A stretch of 64,000 nt of DNA from the IMG/VR virus record IMGVR_UViG_3300025098_000017, one strand, 5' to 3'. Under the pieces are notes generated by a model. That model was not told where the DNA came from, did not search any database, and was given only the letters and a program-made list of their open reading frames with translations. The position numbers were made by a program, and so were the translations under genes. Of the stretch, positions 60,553-64,000 are shown piece after piece. The stretch's first letter is position 1. Every line of letters starts with the position of its first letter. The DNA is from an uncultured virus (IMG/VR IMGVR_UViG_3300025098_000017). Lineage: Duplodnaviria > Heunggongvirae > Uroviricota > Caudoviricetes > Kyanoviridae.

Positions 60553-61102
60553 AAGCATGGTGGACACAGTTGCCATTCGCTCTCACATAATGGAAAAACA
60601 CTTGATGAAAATAAGTCTTTGCATCTCCTTTTAGTTTTTCTCTCCAATGTGTCAATTCGCATCCTCTATAAAGAACACCATCGCCAGGTAGGCATGTTAG
60701 TGATACTCTAGGGATATTTTCTGCTTCAAAAAATATCGGCCAATCATAATCTATGTTGTCTGATATATGATACGAAACACTAATCTCACATGCTTCTCTA
60801 TCTCTATGTGGAACTAATTCCTGTCCCTTGAAATAGAATCGGTCATAATAATATGTTGGATATAATTTTTCTCCAATTACGTTCTCCACAATACCTTTGA
60901 TGTGATAATGCAATTCTTTATATGCAGGATAATTGTAGCGAGAAAAACTACCATTTACCTGACCTTCTTCATTAGTATATGTAACGAAACCTGGAGAGTG
61001 ATAGTTTAATGAACCCCTTACCCATGGAGGTTGCTCAATATATTTTGAGGGGTCTGCAATCATGGATAATTTAACAACAGACCAGTCTTTTTGAATTGCC
61101 AT
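60536..61102 (-). CDS. 2OG-Fe(II) oxygenase (likely start MAIQKD)
   Basis: LYPTYYYDRFY..GQELVPHRDREACEISVS...PGDGVLYRGCELTHWRE...QVFFHYV. Confidence 0.85.
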   Translation of the reverse strand: MAIQKDWSVVKLSMIADPSKYIEQPPWVRGSLNYHSPGFVTYTNEEGQVNGSFSRYNYPAYKELHYHIKGIVENVIGEKLYPTYYYDRFYFKGQELVPHRDREACEISVSYHISDNIDYDWPIFFEAENIPRVSLTCLPGDGVLYRGCELTHWREKLKGDAKTYFHQVFFHYVRANGNCVHHAYDTCN

Positions 61103-61701
61103 CACTTCCACCTCGGTCCTGTAATCCACCCAACTAAAGATTTTCTTCTCCCACTTCTAACCTTTTTGACTCTATGCAAAGTTCTGCTATCAAATACAAT
61201 TACAGTTCCTTTTTGTTTTGGTATAAAACCTGTAGACCTATCAGTATATTGAAGTTGTACTTCTCCACCACTATATTCTTCTGGGTCAGACAACTGAACA
61301 ATAATACTTAACTTACGAATCGATTCGATATTACTTTGTACAAACTCAACATCTGGATTTGTTAAATTGGGCATTCGAGAACTCATAATATCAGCATCTA
61401 CATGCCAATGATAGTATTCTCCTTGTTCATAAGAAGTATATTGTAAAGTACCACCTTCAACTCTATCAATGTCATACAAGAAGTTTTCTCTATTTGCCAT
61501 CATGATATAATGCCAACACAATCCTGTAATCCAGTGTGATTCTTCCATCCAAATAGTTTTACTATCTCTGATTTTTAGATTGACTCCTCCCGTAGTTTCT
61601 GCCGTACCAAAGTGATTATCGTTACTAGTCAAAGTTTTAGATACAATATCAATTAGTTCATCTGGCATTGTAGTTTGCCACCATACCATATTTTGCGCCA
61701 T
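61102..61701 (-). CDS. 2OG-Fe(II) oxygenase (prolyl-4-hydroxylase/PiuC-like)
   Basis: LQYTSY..GEYYHWHVD...RKLSIIVQLSDPEEYSGGE...GTVIVFDSRTLHRVKKVRSGRRKSLVGWITGP. Confidence 0.9.
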   Translation of the reverse strand: MAQNMVWWQTTMPDELIDIVSKTLTSNDNHFGTAETTGGVNLKIRDSKTIWMEESHWITGLCWHYIMMANRENFLYDIDRVEGGTLQYTSYEQGEYYHWHVDADIMSSRMPNLTNPDVEFVQSNIESIRKLSIIVQLSDPEEYSGGEVQLQYTDRSTGFIPKQKGTVIVFDSRTLHRVKKVRSGRRKSLVGWITGPRWK

Positions 61702-61729
61702 TCATTCCTATCTGCTAGATACTATATGT

Positions 61730-61758
61730 ATTATACAATTGAATACGTTATTCGTCAA
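61730..61758 (-). promoter_or_regulatory. Sigma70-like promoter TTGACG-N17-TATAAT
   Basis: Near-consensus promoter at the strand switch, driving 61701 leftwards. Confidence 0.85.
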
Positions 61759-62330
61759 TGATTCATACAATATTTCCCAAGACTATTTGGATGGCAGATA
61801 GTATCCTGGTAGATGAGTTGTCCTCTCTGTCACAATTTTGCATAGACATATGTGATACTTACACTGTAGAAAGTAACGAGTTACTAAACGTTCCCTCCAC
61901 ACATAAAACCAAGAGTAACTTGCAAGAGTTTCCAGAAACGCAAAATTTAGTCAAGCATATCTGTATCAATGCACTAGAATATTGTAAAGAATTAGGTTAT
62001 AGCAATACCGACATAGGAGACATGTCTCTTCATAATATGTGGACTAATGTTAGTAGAGAGAATAGTTATATTTTTCCCCATAATCATCGAGATAGTTTTA
62101 TTTCAGGTGTATACTATGTCGAATGTAATTCAGATGATGAGATTACATTTTTTAATAATCCCAATGATTTGATGGATAGAAAACCAACAACATTAAATAC
62201 TTTCAATTCTGAGTATCATACAATTCCATGTTTACCAGGGAGACTAATCATGTTTAAGAGTAATATGCTTCATGGAACACAATCTCAGAAATCTCATAGA
62301 AAAATTGCAATCTCATTCAATTTAAGATAA
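61758..62330 (+). CDS. 2OG-Fe(II) oxygenase (TIGR02466-like)
   Basis: NMWTNV.....IFPHNHRDSFISGVYYV...GRLIMFKSNMLHG......KIAISFN. Confidence 0.88.
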   Translation: MIHTIFPKTIWMADSILVDELSSLSQFCIDICDTYTVESNELLNVPSTHKTKSNLQEFPETQNLVKHICINALEYCKELGYSNTDIGDMSLHNMWTNVSRENSYIFPHNHRDSFISGVYYVECNSDDEITFFNNPNDLMDRKPTTLNTFNSEYHTIPCLPGRLIMFKSNMLHGTQSQKSHRKIAISFNLR

Positions 62331-62360
62331 TATATAGTAAGAGTTTGTGAATGCGTCATC

Positions 62361-62780
62361 ATGAAAATTAAAGATACTGATTTGATTCCTGATATTCCCG
62401 ATTATGAGTTACTTAATAATGTAGACCAAGAAGATCTCATTGAAGGCGGAAACGCATTAAATGATTATCAAAAACAAGGAGTAAATATAGCAGCAGAATG
62501 GTTGCGTAATAAAGGACTGTTTGATGAATCTGAGGAGTTACTTTTATCATACAACTTAAAAACTGTTCCTGTATTTCCACTCCAAGATAGCGAGTGTGTT
62601 AGGAGGATGGAAGATGGTGGAATTCGTTGTGTTAATCAGGGATATTTGACTATGGGAGAAGGTCAACAAGCAATTCGATATCCTATTATTGGAATAACAA
62701 CAGATGTTATGAGACTTGAGATATTTTTCCAGACATTAAAGCACGAATTAAAAAATGAACTTCAATCTGAAAGTAATTGA
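62361..62780 (+). CDS. Hypothetical protein
   Basis: 139-aa ORF inside the oxygenase cluster; no motif recognised. Confidence 0.65.
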   Translation: MKIKDTDLIPDIPDYELLNNVDQEDLIEGGNALNDYQKQGVNIAAEWLRNKGLFDESEELLLSYNLKTVPVFPLQDSECVRRMEDGGIRCVNQGYLTMGEGQQAIRYPIIGITTDVMRLEIFFQTLKHELKNELQSESN

Positions 62781-63348
62781 TAACGTTATATCTGACGCAT
62801 ATCAAGAATATATTAAGAATGAAGTATTGAACACCAATTGGTTCTACAAAAACTTATCTGAGGATACACCAAAACAAGAAGAAGAATACTTTGTTAATGT
62901 ACCTGGATTTTCTAATTTGATGTATAGTGTAGATGATGAAAACGTTTTCAATAGACACCTATACAATATTGTTATGCCTCTAGCACATATGGCATGTGAA
63001 AATATAAACTATACCATCAAGGATACTTACTTTGTTAGGACATTCCTTCAGCAACCTGTTATAGGTGCTTCGGGATTATCAAATCCACATGTTGATATGA
63101 TAAATGAGGACCATTTAGTTTGTTTGTATTATGTACTTACTTCTGATGGTGATACTGTATTTTTTGATGAGAAAAGTGAATCCAATGACAGACCATCATT
63201 CAAAGAATATAATATAATTGAATCAGTAACGCCAAAACAAGGACGTGTCGTGTTATTTAATGGTAGAAATTATCATGCTAATATACTACCACAACAAGGA
63301 ATAAGGTCTGTGATTAACTTCTGTCTCGGAGGACATTTTAATGAATGA
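62755..63348 (+). CDS. 2OG-Fe(II) oxygenase
   Basis: NPHVD...HLVCLYYVLTSDGDTVFF...PKQGRVVLFNG.NYHA......RSVINF. Confidence 0.88.
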   Translation: MNFNLKVIDNVISDAYQEYIKNEVLNTNWFYKNLSEDTPKQEEEYFVNVPGFSNLMYSVDDENVFNRHLYNIVMPLAHMACENINYTIKDTYFVRTFLQQPVIGASGLSNPHVDMINEDHLVCLYYVLTSDGDTVFFDEKSESNDRPSFKEYNIIESVTPKQGRVVLFNGRNYHANILPQQGIRSVINFCLGGHFNE

Positions 63349-63943
63349 ATTATATATTGAAGTAGAAGATTTTCTAAATCCTGATGAAATTACGATTGTG
63401 GAAAATAATATACTATCTAATGACTTCAGTTGGTTTTACCAACAAAACTCTGTAGGTGGATTATTTCCATTTTACTCACATGTAATTTTTGGAAGAGATA
63501 CATTAAATGATGATAGTTATACACCAATATCAAATTCAACATTAAGTAGTTGGATATTACCTATAGTTGAAAGATTTTCTACACTCCATCTAAACAAATC
63601 TGTTGATAAGATATATCGCAGTTGTCTAAATTCTACTCACGGTTGGAATTTACCCTATCCTTATATCGAACCTCATGTAGATCATAAATTCAATCACTAC
63701 AACTTACTGATATATCTAACTGATGAATTTGAGGGTGGTGATACCGTATTGTTTGATAAAATGTTAGTTGGAGATAATCAAAAACTAAATTATGATGTAG
63801 ATGAATACAATCAACTAAATGTTCTATGTAATATAAAACCAAAGAAGTATAAAGTAATATGTTTCCCTGGGTCAATATTTCACAGTGTTAGTAACTTCCA
63901 TTCCAATAACAGAAGAGTAGTTTCAGTGACCACATTCTCATGA
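63341..63943 (+). CDS. 2OG-Fe(II) oxygenase
   Basis: EPHVDH...NLLIYL....GGDTVLF...PKKYKVICFPGSIFHSV......RRVVSVTTF. Confidence 0.88.
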   Translation: MNELYIEVEDFLNPDEITIVENNILSNDFSWFYQQNSVGGLFPFYSHVIFGRDTLNDDSYTPISNSTLSSWILPIVERFSTLHLNKSVDKIYRSCLNSTHGWNLPYPYIEPHVDHKFNHYNLLIYLTDEFEGGDTVLFDKMLVGDNQKLNYDVDEYNQLNVLCNIKPKKYKVICFPGSIFHSVSNFHSNNRRVVSVTTFS

Positions 63944-64000
63944 AAAGTACCAATGAATGTATAGATTACATTTACTCTATTTCATCCAATATACCTCATA
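63940..64000 (+). CDS. Start of next ORF (truncated by window edge)
   Basis: ATGA overlap; MKSTNECIDYIYSISSNIPH... Confidence 0.5.
   Translation, partial: MKSTNECIDYIYSISSNIPH

Noticed and set aside
1..64000. tRNA/rRNA genes, introns, inteins, transposases, integrase
   Set aside because: No cloverleaf or T-loop motifs in the few intergenic gaps, long ORFs are uninterrupted, and no intein, homing endonuclease or recombinase motifs were recognised by eye.

Overview
Window from a T4-like myovirus, most likely a marine cyanophage (Kyanoviridae-type). This is inferred from gene order, the giant gp7-like wedge protein, the DUF4815/VrlC-like protein and the many 2OG-Fe(II) oxygenases. 1-48.6 kb is a minus-strand virion module: PAAR spike, gp25, gp6, 6604-aa gp7-like, gp9-like, a 1544-aa structural protein, gp8, DUF4815 protein, a 1700-aa fibre, gp13 and partial gp14, with T4-type late promoter motifs. 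48.6-49.35 kb is mostly non-coding and holds three sigma70-like promoters and an inverted pair of TTTTCCACA (DnaA-box-like) sites. 50.3-60.6 kb is an array of small early-type genes plus an SF2 helicase, a PD-(D/E)XK nuclease and a Dam methylase. It is punctuated by 11 copies of a palindrome + sigma70 promoter + leader element that often contains the upstream gene's stop codon. 60.5-64 kb is an AT-rich, divergently arranged 2OG-Fe(II) oxygenase cluster. The top observations are (1) tandem phycobiliprotein-like domains that keep bilin-attachment-type cysteines inside the giant baseplate protein, (2) the repeated promoter/palindrome cassette array, (3) type-1-copper-like cupredoxin motifs in two baseplate proteins and (4) a possible origin region. 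All calls were made by eye without database searches. No tRNA, rRNA or CRISPR array was seen.
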